Assembly: GCF_018977255.1 (NCBI RefSeq)
Contig: NW_024704742.1
Span: forward strand, 101,186,001-101,250,000
Direction: 5' to 3'
Length of the DNA: 64,000 nucleotides
Source of the DNA: Callorhinchus milii
Taxonomy: Eukaryota
Made by a program: the position numbers and the translations under genes. The notes beneath the pieces are model-generated. The model was not told the DNA's origin, searched no databases, and saw nothing but the letters and a program-made list of their open reading frames with translations. Numbering within the stretch: position 1 is the stretch's first letter; each line of letters begins with the position of its first letter. Of the stretch, positions 25,053-38,595 are shown in pieces.

Positions 25053-26200
25053 ATTCACTTCATGGCTGGACTTACTTAAAAAACAGCTTGATGCTTTAAT
25101 GGGTGGACATTAGGGTAGATATTCTGGAGGGATGAGATCAAATGGGCTGAATGGCTTTCTTCACAAATCTTATGATCATGTGATCTTGTGACATGGAATT
25201 ACGGAATACTGCAAGTTAGATCCCACCTTCCAGTCTTATTTCAGGTTTTCAATATTTGGTGGAGAACTGAAATAAAACAGCATTGCCTCTAAATCGCCAC
25301 TGCCTTCCAACTTTAAAAGTCTACCTCAGCTCTTTGGAACATCTTCCCATTGTGAAAGGCACTAAATATATGCAAATTGTATTGTATTTTCAGTTTTTCC
25401 ATTTACTGCACCTCAGAAAAAAGATCACAAATCTTGTTTAAAATTAAGCAAACTATTATTCTGATTAACTATGTAGTTGGAAATAGTTTATATTGATTAA
25501 TCATATGTACACCAACCATCACATTCTGCAAGGACCCTTCTTACCTAATGTCAGAGAAGCTTTAAGTAAATGTCAGTACACAAAGCTACAGAGAGAAGTC
25601 CTTTGAAATGAGTTACTCTTCAAACTTGTCAAAAATCCCTGTAAAGCTGATTATTTCATGGTGATTTAAGAGTGCATGTTAATGCATGTTAATATGAAGG
25701 CAGGGCTTTTATTTATTCACCTCTGCATAATTAATGAACAGGTGTAGTACATAATTGTTGTATTCCACTTTGACAATAACTTGTTGGGAAAATGCTGCAC
25801 GCTGTAAAACCCACAAAAGATTATTGGGTTAGCTGAGAATTTCTAAAAGAAGAGGTAACATTGCTGCACTTGTATATTTGACTAAATAGAATGCAACTTC
25901 CTATACCGATCTTCACATTTACCACTACTTTTACAAATAATCCTTGCATTTGATAATATAGTTTCTTTCATATCAGGAGAACATTTCAAAAGTATAGTGA
26001 TTGTATATTTTGTAGTCAGCCAATATGTGCATAACAATGTCCCACAACGAGTCATGAAGCGAGTTACCAATTTATTTGGGGATTGTTGACTAGGCCTCAT
26101 ACTGTTCATGTGTTGTACTTTTAAGCTCTACAGATCACTTGTTGTCTTCACTGTAGATCTTAGAGGTGAAAAGCACACCACTTTTTTGACAGCCTGGTGA

Positions 26201-26400
26201 TAATAATAATCCTTGCATTTGATATAGCGCATTTCACGTCTTCGAGACATCTCAAAGCTCTTCACAGAATATACTGTAAAGTGAATTGACTGTATATTTG
26301 TGGGTGAATCACAGCAGCCAATTGCGCACAGCAGTGTCCCACAAACAGTCGTAGATTGAAGTGACCAATTTATTATTGTTTTATTTTCTTTAGGGATTAT
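26201..26400 (-). mobile_element. Young SINE, 5'-truncated
   Basis: Matches the 3' half of the young SINE family. Confidence 0.88.
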
Positions 26401-26492
26401 TTGTGTCAATCATGTGCTACACTTTATAAGTTGAGTTAATATGGCATTCAGAGACATAGCACTGAAATGCTGACTTTTGTTTTGCTTTGCTT

Positions 26493-27495
26493 CAACAACA
26501 ACAACAAGATTACATTTGTATACTGCCTTTCACGTTGGGAGGACATCCCAAGGCGCTGGATAGAGTATAGCATTTCAGACCCGAGCTGGGGTCAGGGGGG
26601 CAGAAGGGACGGGAGGGGAAGAGGGGTGGCCAATGGCATGGTCGAAGAGGAGGGTCTTGAGGCGGGACTTGAAGGAGGCAAAGGAGGGGGCAAGGTGGAG
26701 TGACAGGGGGATGGAATTCCAGAGGTTGGGGGCAGAGTGGCTGAAGGCTTTTACGCCAATGGTGGGGCGTGTGGATCGGGGGATGTGGAGCAGGCTGGAG
26801 CCGGCTGAGCGGAAGGAACGGGCGGGTTGGTAGGGGGTTAGGAGGTCGCAGAGGTAGGGTGGGGCGAGGCCATGAAGGGCTTTGTAGGTGAGGACCAGGC
26901 TCCTGAACTGGATCCTCTGAAGCATAGGGAGCCAATGGAGTCGGGCGAGAGTGGGGGAGATGGGGTCACGGAGTTTGGTGCGAGAGAGGACATGGGCTGC
27001 AGAGTCCTGGATTATCTGCAGCCTATGGAGGGAGGAGTTGGGAAGGCCGACAAGCAGGGAGTTTGCATAGTTGAGCCTGGAGGTGATGAAGGCATAACAA
27101 GAGTTTCAGTGGCCTGAGGGGTGAGGTAGTGGCAAAGTCGGGAGATGTTACGGAGGTGAGGGAAGGCAGAGCGAGTCATGGCTTGGATGTGGGGAAGAAA
27201 AGACAGTTGAAGGTCGAACAAGACACCTGACTGGCTTGGTGAGTTATAGTGTGCAACCATGGAGATCGATGCCCCCAGAGCCTGAGGTGCTGAGGCGCTG
27301 GCACGCCCAATCAGGAGGACCTCAGTCTTGTTCACACTGAACTGTAGGAAATTTGCCCTCATCCAGGACTTGATGTCCGACAGGCAGTCTGTCAGGACAG
27401 CAGTGGTCCTGGAGTTGAGGTGGAGGCTGAAAGATAGTGTTGGGTGTCATCCGCATACATGTGGAAGTTGACCCCATGTCTGCGGATGATGTCAC
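26493..27495 (-). mobile_element. L2 LINE 3' fragment (about 1 kb)
   Basis: QRIQFRSLVLTYKALHGLAPPYLCDLLTPY...AFSHSAPNLWNSIP...FKSRLKTLLF; MRANFLQ; reverse (caa)n tail. Confidence 0.93.
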
Positions 27496-27575
27496 ACTTC
27501 AGCTTCGATAGCACTGAGGTTTGCCATAAGAAGATTTCGGGGTGGGTGGGGAAGTTGTTCAATCATCAACTAGAT

Positions 27576-27666
27576 CAGGGATGCCCAACATGTGGCCCGT
27601 GGGCCGCATGCAGGCCACTTTATGCATGCAAAAATTGTCACGCATGTCGCAATTTGGCCATCTCTG
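27576..27666. mobile_element. hAT-type MITE remnant
   Basis: Left end cagggatgcccaacatgtggcccgtgggccgcatg resembles hAT/Charlie termini; the reverse complement of the right end is cagagatggccaaatt. TSD not preserved. Confidence 0.6.
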
Positions 27667-27676
27667 ATCCATAATC

Positions 27677-27825
27677 TGATAATAATACTCCTTGCATTTG
27701 ATATAGCGCCTTAGCACGTCTTCGAGACATCTCAAAGCGCTTCACAGAATATACTGTCAAATGAATTGACTATATTTTGTGGGCAATATGCGGCCACCAA
27801 TTGCACAAGGCAATGTCCCACAAAC
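27677..27825 (-). mobile_element. SINE 3' fragment
   Basis: ccttgcatttgatatagcgcc...caatgtcccacaaaca. Confidence 0.8.
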
Positions 27826-28590
27826 AACAAGAACAAGAACTTGCACTTATATAGCGCCCTCCACGCTGAGCGGCGTCTCGGAGCGCTTAACAATTGTGGA
27901 GCCCGAGGCTGAACCAGGGGGAGGGTGAAGGGGACACGGTCGAAAAGGAAGGTTATCAGGCACGACTTGAAGATATTATAATATAATCCTTGCATTTGAT
28001 ATAGCGCTTTTCACATCTCGACATCTCAAAGCGCTTCACAGAATAGACTGTAAAGTGAATTGAATATATATTTGTGGGAGAAACGTGGCAGCCAATTGTG
28101 CACAGCAGTGTCCCACAGACAGTCGGGGATTGAAAATGACTAATTATTGTTTTGTTTTTTGGAGGGATTATTATTAGGTGTGTGGACTAAGGAAACCTTG
28201 CTCAAGGTTTCGCCCTGCCTGGAATTGAACCTTGCAAGGCGAGTGCTCTAACCACTGAGCTCCAGGACTCCAAATGGGGAAGGAGGGGGCGAGGCAAATG
28301 GGTTGAGGGAGGGAGTTCCAAAGTTTTGGGGCGTGTTGGCTGAAGGCACGGCCACCAATGGTGGAGCGGAGGATTAGGGGAACACGGAGGATGCTGGACC
28401 TAGTAGAGCGGAGGCAGTGGATATTGCTGTGAGGAGAGAGGTTAGAAAGATAAGGGGAGTGCCGAGGAATGGAGGGATTTAAACACTAGAGTGAGGATTT
28501 TGAAGTCTATCCACTCTGTGACAGGGAACCAGTGGAGTTTGGCAAGGATTGGAGTAATCGGGGTACGAAGTTTGTACTCAAACAGTTGTG
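27826..28590 (-). mobile_element. L2 3' fragment interrupted by a SINE
   Basis: Tail aacttgcacttatatagcgccctcc; the body breaks at ...cacgacttgaagat and resumes atggggaaggagggggcgaggc after the SINE. Confidence 0.8.
27974..28271 (-). mobile_element. Young SINE nested in L2
   Basis: Family sequence from the tail to ...ccactgagctccaggactcc, with a short deletion in the head. Confidence 0.9.
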
Positions 28591-29594
28591 GATTGAGTGC
28601 CAAATTTATTATTATGTTATATTTTTCGAAGGAATTAAAAGACTTTTAAAGGTTCAGCGTCAACAGCCATTCATTGTAAGGCATTCTACATTCTAACCTC
28701 TTGTAAAAAAAATCCATTAGCTGCAAAGTCAGATTTTTCCTGCCACTATATCCCAGTGCATCTGCCAGTGGCTGGTACATATGTATTTATACCACTATGT
28801 CACCTCACATCTAGTTTAAATGCACATGTACAAAGATCAGCAACAAACAGAGTCATTTCTATTTAAACCCATCCATTTGCATCTGTAATAAAACTTCAAA
28901 GTATCCATTCATTGTAAGCTACTATGATTATTCTTTTCAATGTTCCATTCATCTTCCGGACTGAAGAGAGCGATCAAAACATCAGACACAAAATAAGGGA
29001 AGCTTCAGATGTATGGTACAAAGAAAAACAAGCTGTCATATAAAAGTTTTAAAAACATGTCATTTTCTCTGACTAAACTGCAACATTTCAGATTGCACGG
29101 TTTATATTTAGGTCAGCTTTAATTAATGAAATGACGTTAGGTGGTGGAAACCTTTTCATCTCTTCTTCCTTTCTCCAGAAACAAACAAAAAAATACATTA
29201 GCTTTTCATTTAGACCATACTTAGAATGAAAATTCACCAATTTACCTCCAGGTTATATTATACTTTGAAGTACAACTAGAATTAACTCTGATTCAATCTT
29301 GAACAGAGTTGATGACAAGTGAAACCTGATTGAGAAACCCATTTAGGATGTAGGCAGAGAGCTTCAGTTTTGCCTGTGGCATTAATGCTGAAATTAATAA
29401 TTCTGCTTCTTTCTGCAGGAATATATTTGACTTCTGCGCTGGACTGTTCACTTGTTAAATCGTAAAAAGAATGTTCAGTGATTGTGACAAATTTCTGAAT
29501 TGAATGCCATCTCAAACTAATTTAACAATCGATAGGCATGATTTATTTTTCTGGACTGTTTGAATAGTTCTGATGCACATCTGGAAAATGGGAA

Positions 29595-29930
29595 GGGGTC
29601 AGAGATTCTCCCCACTCAGCTCCTCTTAGCCCTGCAAGCCAAAGCCCTGACAGGTATTTCTAGCTAGACAAGAGGTGGGGAGCTTGCTAGACAGCGCTAT
29701 CAATTTGCAAACTTACCTGGTTAATTCCAGTAATACCTCAATGCATACTCTGGAGTCCCCAAACCTTGGCTCTTGCTAACCTGAGCCTGATATCTCCCTA
29801 TATGCATTCCATTTCAGACACAGGGACATTTCCAAGTGTAGACGGCATACATTTGTTGAACTCTCAGTCTGCTTGGGATACTCTTAAACATAGTGATGGG
29901 TTTCTGCTTCTGTGTCAGACCTGACTGACC
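29595..29930 (-). repeat. Unclassified interspersed repeat copy
   Basis: Reverse matches to the 58676 copy (ccaaaccttggctcttg; gcaagccaaagcc; gtgatgggtttc). Confidence 0.7.
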
Positions 29931-30249
29931 AAACGGAAATCCTCTGGAAAACTGGATGGGTTTTAATATTTATTTTGCAGAAATACACTTAAAGCTGTAA
30001 TTCTCCCAACTGTTTAATTGAATTGTTTGACTGCAATCCAAACTGATGGCTGTTAATAAACCTCATAAAATGTCCTATATTTTATTAATATCTTTTATAA
30101 AACATCATTTATGTTTCATATAGTGCCTATTACATCAAGAAAGCCTCAGATTGCTTCACACGTTTTTACTATACAATGAAGTGTCAAAAAACAGCTGTCA
30201 TCATCCCCACCCTCAAAAATCTTCCCTTGACACAACTCTTCCCTTCACA

Positions 30250-30750
30250 AACTGCAGATTATTTAGAACTCTGCAGCTCTTGTCCTCTCCCCCACCAAGC
30301 TCTGTGAGACGATTACTCCCATTCTCACCTGACTTCTCTGCCTCCCCATCCCCCAGAATATCGAGTTCAAGATCCTTGTCCTCACCTTTAAAGCCCTCTG
30401 TAGTCTTGCCTCCCCCTACCTATGTGACCTGCTAAGACCCTACCATTCTGTCTGCAACCTCCGCTTGGCCTGCTCCATGTCCCCCACTCTGCCCACTCCA
30501 CTAGAGGCGGTTGTGCCATCAGCCTTTGGAACTTCGTCCCGGTGGCCCTTCACCTCACTCCCTCCCTTGCCTCCTTCAAGGCCCGTCTCAAGACCTTCAT
30601 CTTTGACAGGGTCTTTGGTCACCCCACCCCCTTTCCTTCCACCCTTCTTGATTCCAACCCCCAGCTCGGTTGCAAACCCTTGACTGCCTAACACCTTGAG
30701 GCATCCTCCTACAAGAAAGGCACTATATAAATGTAGTTTGTTGTTATTGT
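30250..30750 (+). mobile_element. L2 3' fragment
   Basis: agaactctgcagct...gagttcaagatccttgtcctcacctttaaagccct...aaggcactatataaatgtagtttgttg. Confidence 0.85.
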
Positions 30751-30829
30751 TGGTATTGTACTGTACTGTAAGGTGTCTAAACCCATTGTTATAGCTTAAG
30801 CTGAGAGTGGACGGTATTCAGCCTCGGCA

Positions 30830-31050
30830 GCAGAGTTTTTCTTATACACAGAAAATTGTTAGAATATTGGAATGCTCCACCTAGATTGATGATTGAAGCA
30901 AAATCAATATCCGTGTTTCAGAAAGAGGGAGTTAGATAATTATCTGAATTATCAACATAGAAGGGCATGGAGAATAAAACAGCAGAATAGGCCAATTACA
31001 GGCATGCTGAGCTGAATAGATTCCTTGTATGCTCTAAATGTCTCTGGCTC
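30830..31050 (+). mobile_element. Degraded CR1 3' end
   Basis: cttatacacagaaaattgttagaatattggaatgctccacc...gagttagataattatctg. Confidence 0.6.
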
Positions 31051-31454
31051 TATGATTGCTTGAGCTTCAGAAGCAAGAAAATGAGACTTCAGTTTTGGAG
31101 GTATGCAGCAACAAAATAGCCCTGAACATTACTAAACCTTCCTGTCCTAAAGAAAATATATCCCATCAGAAATACTTCAGAACAATGAAGCTGGTATGAA
31201 ATACTGGTAGATGCCATGGATTGAAGAGTTTCAGTGTCACTAAACAGCACACCAGAGGCAGGCTGGGATCTCAGGAAATGACATTGAAATGCTTAGCTCC
31301 ATAGTGAAAATAGTGGCAGCCACTAGTTGTATATGCCAGCTATGTGCCAAACGTTCAACACACTGAATCCAGGAGTGGAATTTCACGACCAAAGAGCAGA
31401 GTTCCAAACTAACCTGCTGAAACCTGCCGAAGCTGCATGATCTGCTTTGGTCAT

Positions 31455-31718
31455 TCCACACGCCTCTGTTTATCTCACGGTAAATAGAAATGCGTTTGTT
31501 AGTTGATTGGCAGATCTCTTCCTAAAGGTAATAACCGCTCCAAAAAAAAATTGGTCACTCGCTCCATGACCGTTTGTGGGACACTTCTGTGCACAATTAG
31601 CTGCTGCATTTCATCCACAAAATACAGTCAAATTCCCTTCCAATATATTCTGTGAAGTGTTTTGAGACGTCTCAACGACGTGATGACAATCTATCAAATG
31701 CAAGAATTATTATTATTA
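31455..31718 (+). mobile_element. tRNA SINE, long subfamily, 5'-truncated
   Basis: tccacacgcctctgtttatctcacggtaaatag...gttgattggcagatc followed by the shared 3' half. Confidence 0.75.
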
Positions 31719-33789
31719 AATTAATTTCATGGCTGTTTGTGTGTCATTGCTTTGTGTAAAGGGATATGGTGTTTGCCTACAAAATACACAGCCACCAAAC
31801 TTTACAGTAAATCTTACAAAGCGCTTTGAGACACCTGCGAAGCGCTTTGAGGATGACAGGTTCTATATCAAATTAAAAGATTATTATAGTATTATATAGG
31901 AAAAATAACTACAATGTTTAGGTTACAAATTATAAATTATATGACTGAGCCCAAACGTAATCAATACTTTCTCTAAAATCTTGTCTGTAAGGCCTGTTTG
32001 TGGAGTCTCTCTGAATGGATGTGATTAACAGGAGAGTTTGCTTTGAGAGGTTTGAGCTAAGACAAAAATCCACAGCATGCAGTCAGAATCAAATCAGTCA
32101 CCGATGCCAATGCAGCTTGGTTCAAGAGTAATGTAATCTTTCCTCTTGTTCAGAAAATATAAGACATCTGCCAAGACAGGAGAAAGTGATTAATGCACCT
32201 CAGTTTCAACAGACTGGATCACTATTAACAGAAAAAAATCAATCCATGGGTATGAAAGATAGAGTGGTTTAAGATTATTTATTTGTTACTTTGAGACCAG
32301 CTGGATGGACCAGTTAGTTTCAGTAGTGAACAGGAATTAATTTGAAGGTTGATTCCATGAATATGGACTCAAAATACCATTCTCAGAAGCTCCCACTGAC
32401 CAGTCCACATCACGTAAATCCATCACATAAATCCATCTTCTAAAGCACGAGCATATATTTTAACATGAACTATTTCTTAGCTTTAAAATAGCTTGTGTTA
32501 TTTTATTGCATTCATCTTTTCTGGTTCAATGCATTACTGTATCCTCTGTTAATGTGCTATACCACAGTAAATTAACTCAAAGAAAGATTTGGTGAATTGG
32601 ATCTGCATATTTTCAGATGAAGCCAAATCCAACTTTACAGAGCTGTAAAATAACCCAGCAAGTTAGATATGAGAGATCAGCGGAGCTCGAAACCATCCAT
32701 CACTGAAAGCTTTAAATTTGTCTAAGTTATAGAAGAATTTGAGATTCAGGACAGTACATAAGTCTCTGGAAGTCTTGGGAATCACTATCGAACAGCTTAA
32801 CCAACCTGTACAAGTCAAATGAAGCACATGTTTCATAGTACCAGAACTGAGACTCTTCAATACATTACTTAAAATCCAGGAACTACTTGAAGATGCTGTA
32901 TGTACAGGTGATGTGATTGAATATCTGTGTAAGGGAAGAGAATTCTGAGCCCTTTGGGATCAAAATGAAGCTTGGACCATTTCTCAACTATGAAAAGTGC
33001 TAAAGCTTTCAGTGTATGTTCAAGTATGTCTAGTAAACCTATTAAATATTCACATGTGATCCATATATCAAATCAGTTCCATACATCTCATTCATAAAAT
33101 GGAGCATTTTTGAGTGGTAAGATCAATAGACTACAATAAAGAGTGTTAGAGAGTATCTGGCAGAGCTAATTGAACATAGGTGTCCAATGTATACCTGATG
33201 GAGCTAAAATGGAAAGGATGAGTGACATTCTAGAAGCAATTAGGCTTCTCCAGAGAAGAAAGAGAAATCCATTATAAAATTGTTGCACAGGGAAATATTT
33301 TCAGCAAGCAGTGGAAACAGTGGGACACTGCTGTGTGCAAAGTAACTACCACATTGAACCACAAAGTGCAGAAATTGTACAATTGATACTAAATCCTGTG
33401 AAGCGCTTTGTGATGTCCTCCTTACTTAAAAGGCACTAAATCAAGTGCAAGAAGTTTTATCAAAACTGTTGTTTACACATTAAGTTGGCTTACAGAAAGC
33501 ATGATATGAGCATCACTTTTAAATCGTTGAGTATGATTGTCTCTTACTACTGGGACCTTGGAAATATCACCTGTGAAAAGCAAACATTATAAAAACCTGA
33601 AAGTTAGAAATCTGTAACGAAACTTGAAAGCTTTAGAAATGCAGAGACAATAAATTGGCATGTGTAAGAAAATGGTACGTCAATGCTACAGCTGTGACCC
33701 TTTTTCAAGAACTGGCAGTGAGACAGTTGGAAAGCAACTAGAATAAATAAATATGTAAAAGTAGTTTAATCTGGGTAGCTGTAGTGAAT

Positions 33790-34085
33790 AGAGCTGCAAA
33801 GTATGGACTGGGAGCTAGCCGGTTCAAATCCAGGTCCGTGTTGAGTTTGGTGGTCTCAAGCAGCTGCAATAGGGAGGCTAAATTGGTCCAAAGTTTCCCA
33901 TAGTTAGGGAAGGGAAAATGAGCGAGGGGCCTGGTCCCTTTACCTAGATACCAAAAGTTCAACACGCTCTAACAGCAGTGTGGCAGCTAAGGGAGGTCAG
34001 GCTCTGCTGTGCTGCTCTCTTCAGACAAGTGGTCTACTGACACTCAGTGCCATGGTCCACACGTGAAGACTGGAGTCCAGGAGCA
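33790..34085 (+). mobile_element. Ancient SINE-like element (third family)
   Basis: B-box ggttcaaatcc followed by gtgttgagtt...gggaagggaaaat...gacactcagtg...cacacgtgaaga; related pieces near 39672, 42575 and 63783. Confidence 0.55.
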
Positions 34086-37000
34086 GAGACGTGTGCTAAG
34101 GAGAAGAAAATTAGAAAAATTCTNAAAAGAAAAAAAAGATAGTTTCATGCTTTGGAAATATTTTTGACTGCTGCATGTGATAACCATGTGATTTAAGAGG
34201 AAAACTCTGCAGAACTTTTCCTCAGGTTAAATGTGTTTTTTTCAATAGTTGCTCATTTACGTGGAATAGGAACAATTTGCAAAACAGTCCTGTAATATGT
34301 TCCCATGCAATGTCCCAGCTGCCACATATATTGTGACCATTTCTACCCTATCCAGACAGTATATATCCGACACTAATCCACCAGGTCAGAACCACAAAAC
34401 CATATAAATTTGTGACAAGAAGAATTTGTGACACATGCAGCCCATCATATCTGTGTCGGCTCCCTCAAGAGCAATCCTTTCAATCTATTTTACCTGCCTT
34501 TCCGGAAACCCCTGTAGCTGACACTTCTTAAGGTATTTGTCTTGTTCCCTCTTGAAGGCCAATATGGCCATTTAGGTTAGAGGAATTCCTCTTATATAGC
34601 AGAAACTATGCAAAAAAAACACTTACCTTCACTCCTGTGATGTAGGCTAGGGAAATCTGAACTCTGAATAGTATAAATTAGACCAATTTCAGATCTTAGC
34701 AAAAAATAACTTGAACATGTTTTATTTCTTGGTTCGGCACTTATCCATTAAGCCTGACAGTGTTCAGGGGTATGATTTTCTGGGTAATGATAAATTTACC
34801 CATTGGTGGAAAATCAGACACTCACAATCACTTCATACCAATGAGCACAGAATTCCCTTTAAAATCTTTCAATCAATTTTGTACCTCTGAAAGTATACAA
34901 CTCACAAATAATTTACGTTTGATCAGTTTATTGCAAACTATATATTATTGTATTACTGATTTGATTAACACTGAATAATGTGTATGCAGTAACGTAGAGG
35001 TGAACTGTATATAATGTAGTAATTGTATTTCTGATCACCATACGAAGAAGAAATATTTTTGTTTTTTGTTTTTTGTTGCTTTTATATTACAAGCAGCTTT
35101 GATCTAGGAAAGAGTAGGAAAAGTCTTCTTTCTGTTACCTGCTGTCTATCTAATATCATATACCAGGCCTTTAATAATAAAATAACATTTGTCTTAGATT
35201 TCAAAACTCTGATAATTATAAAATACGTTGTTTGCAATTTTGTGAATAGAAGAAAAATATTTTTGCAGCCTTCCATTTAAAATCTATACATTACTTTCTT
35301 AGGTTTACTCTGTTTATCTGTAAAGCAAAACAAAAAACAAATTCTGCTTGCAAACAATAATATGCAATTAGTTGCATAATGAGTACACTAAGATCTTCAA
35401 ACGACTGCTAAATGAGGGATAACAATGACTATAAAAATACAAAACTTAAAAATGTAATTAAAGTGCTTTGCTTGTCAATTGCTGTGCATCCTTTCTGAAT
35501 TCAGGGCTCACTTCTTTTATAAAGCCTGCAGATCACATTTACAAACAATAAACGCAGTTCGTATAACCTTGACGACCAATGTATCTTTTAAATCACTGGT
35601 ACAGTTAATGTGTGTCAGAATGCCGCATTGATTTTCTCCCTTAGTAATCAATGCTTTCCATACCGTACATAATCGGATTTGTAATGAAAAGGAGAGATAA
35701 ATATTTTGTTCATTTGTCCACTGTGCAGTTTTTTGAATCTTCCTTTTGTCTCATGAGGGTGGTGAAGGGGATGAGGCAATTTTTTTTAATAGATTCAACC
35801 CGCTGGGGTTGAAGACAAGTGCAAATCATCATATTCCTCAGTTGGTAAAGCTCAGCAAGATTCTGCATATTTGGTTGCAGATCTCAAGAGGCTATCTGTG
35901 CAAGTAACTACACACATCATTACCCTGAATGAAAGTGACAGTGCAAATATTAGAAGAGAATTGAGATGCAGTTTCTGAGCATCTGCAACAGCTGTGTGTC
36001 CTTGGATTTTCGTCTGATATGATGACAAGGGGAGTCGGGAGTCATAATCACCATGAGGCCTGATGCTTTTATCTGCTATGGCTTAAATACATTTGGTGAG
36101 GACAAGAGATATCATCCTTCTTTGTGAACAATCAACAGTTTCCATCACTTCTCAACATTTCTTGATACGTAGAATTTATTTTGCTGCCTTGTAAACATTT
36201 CCTCTGTTCCTCATGGGGCTACGCACACGTAATCTGTCCCTTATGGGATTTAGCTTGAGTTTTCAATATTGTTATCGATTTTTCTCAAAGTGAGGGCAGG
36301 AGGAGTGGGAAGGGAGGGGAGTTCGGTGAGAAGTGGCAGAGGCTGGGGTAGATTCATGATGAATTGTGTGTCAAGGCTCTTTGAGACTGTTTGCAAACAC
36401 TGATTTTCTCTAGCACTATCTTGACACAAATGATTTCGGGAAGAAGGAGAAACAGAAGTGGAGAGGGGAAAGAAAATCAGAGAGATTAATTTGTTTGCTG
36501 TTTAGGAGCAAATTGAACCATGGATTGGAGCATTTGCTCAGGATAAGCTTTAGGCCGTATGGAGCTGCTAGAGATGATCTGTTGCAGATTATACTGGTAT
36601 TAGTCATGCTGTGGATCCACAGAGTCATTCGTTTTGCATTTTTGGAGGTCAGGGGTTTTGTTTGCCGAAGTCGCAATGTGGTGTTGACCAAATCTGGAAT
36701 AATATCTTCGAATGTTGATTTACCTTCCAGCTTTAAGGAGCTGCAGAGAGAAAGAAAAAGACAAATTGTACTAGAGTCATGACATGTCAGAAGTAAAATA
36801 GCACAACACAAAGAATATAAACTGTGACAAGATGTCCTGTTAATGAACAGAGGCATTTGTGGTATTTATCTTAGCTCACAATTCAGTGCTATATATAATA
36901 TGTTGATTTATTTGGTGAACTTTTTGTGCTCATCGAGGTGAGAGATGTCAGTGGTAGGGCTGCCAACTGTTGCAATTGACACAAACTCATAACACCAGCA

Positions 37001-37144
37001 GGGTCAGGGCCAAAACTAAATTGTTCTTACTGTATCTCAGAATGTGAATGTTAACAGCCCATCATTTAATACCCATCCCTGGTACGTTGATAAAGTGATG
37101 GTGGGTGTTCTCTTTAAACTTCTGATGTTGGTCATCTTGTTTCT

Positions 37145-37683
37145 TTAGGGCCCTCTACAGTCTTGCTCCTTCCTACCTCTGTGATCTGGTAACCCCATAC
37201 TCCCATAATCCCTCACTTGCCTCCTTCAACGCACATCTCAAGATCCTCCTCTATCCTCCCTGCCCTCCAACCCCACGTCCCCCACAACCCCGATCCCAAC
37301 CTCCTGCTCCTCAGGTCCAAATCCATGACTGTCCAACATCTTCCAGGCAGGGCGAAACCTTGGGCAAGTTTCCTTACTCCACACGCCTAATAATAATCCC
37401 TCCAAAAAAACAAAAAACAATAATAAAATTGGTCATTTTCAATCTACGACTGTTTGTGGGACATTGCTGTGCGCAATTGGCTGCCGCGTTCGCCCACAAA
37501 TATACAGTCAATTCACTTTACAGTGTGTTCTGTGAAGCGCTTTGGGACGTCCTCCCGACGTGAAAAGCGCTATATCAAATGCAAGGATTATTATTATTAT
37601 TATTATAATATTATTATTATTATTATTATATCTTGGGATGCCTCCCAACATGAAAGGCACTATAAAAATGTCATTTGTTGTTG
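37145..37683 (+). mobile_element. L2 3' end containing a nested SINE
   Basis: L2 body runs to ...gactgtccaacatctt and resumes atcttgggatgcctcccaacatgaaaggcactata. Confidence 0.8.
37341..37630 (+). mobile_element. Young SINE, 5'-truncated, long (TTA)n tail
   Basis: ttccaggcagggcgaaaccttgggcaag...aaatgcaaggattattatt; flanked by a direct atctt repeat. Confidence 0.92.
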
Positions 37684-38140
37684 TGCTCTTCCTCAATCCA
37701 TCTTGCTGTGTCATTTATCACTTTTCATGTGCTCCTCTTGCTCATACCCTAGCTGCCCATTGCCAGTTGTTAGCCTCCATCACTCTTGCTTTATTTTGTT
37801 TATGGTTTATGCCAGTCTATTATTCCTCCCCTTACCTGTTCTTCTCCAACATCCACTCCCTCAGGCCTCCCTTGATCCACTCCTATCCCTCTTCAGGTGG
37901 TTCACTCCTTCATCTCCTTGACCCTTTATGGTCTCATTTTACATTTCAAGCTTTCTCCTGGCTCTGCCGTTCCCTGTCTCTGGACTCCAGTCCCAACCAG
38001 CCATCAACTAAGTTTTAGCTTGCCCAAGCACTGTGCCTTCAACCGATGGAAGCAGAACAGACTTAGACTGGGGAAACTGGCTGCTATTGACGACCTCATT
38101 TGCACAGTTCCACTCAGTTGATTGTGACTTAGTACTACTA

Positions 38141-38595
38141 GTAATAATAATAATCCTTGCCTTTGATATAGCTCCTATTGATGTCAAATTATCTCAAACA
38201 ATTCACAGATTTTACTATACAGTGTGGTGACTGCACACTTGCAGGCAAATGTGGCAACCAATTTTGCGCAAAGCAAAGTCATACAAAGAGCAATCCTAGG
38301 GTATTGGGACATTCTCCTGACATGAAAGACACTATGTCAACTTAAAATTGTTGTTGCTGGTGTTGATTAGTGCGCAGAGCACTGGAATAAACTCCCTTCT
38401 ATTTTTGAATAATGTCATGGAATCTTTACCGTCCATCTGAACAGGCAGACGGGACCTTGGGTTCATGTCTCATCTGAAGCATGGCAATGCAGTGCTCACC
38501 TCTCTTCACCATGCACTAGAGCGGCAACACAATCTCAATATGGGGCTTGAACCTGTAACCGGAGGCGAGAATGCTAGCAACTGACTCAGGCTGAT
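38141..38595 (-). mobile_element. Old Deu-type SINE
   Basis: Reverse tail, reverse core gtccatctgaacaggcagacgggacc, and reverse head ggggcttgaacc. Confidence 0.7.

Noticed and set aside
29282..29515. 77-aa ORF as a coding exon
   Set aside because: The flanking splice-like sites enclose stops in all three frames, and no homology is recognised.
34124..34124. Single N base
   Set aside because: An assembly ambiguity in an A-rich tract, not biological.
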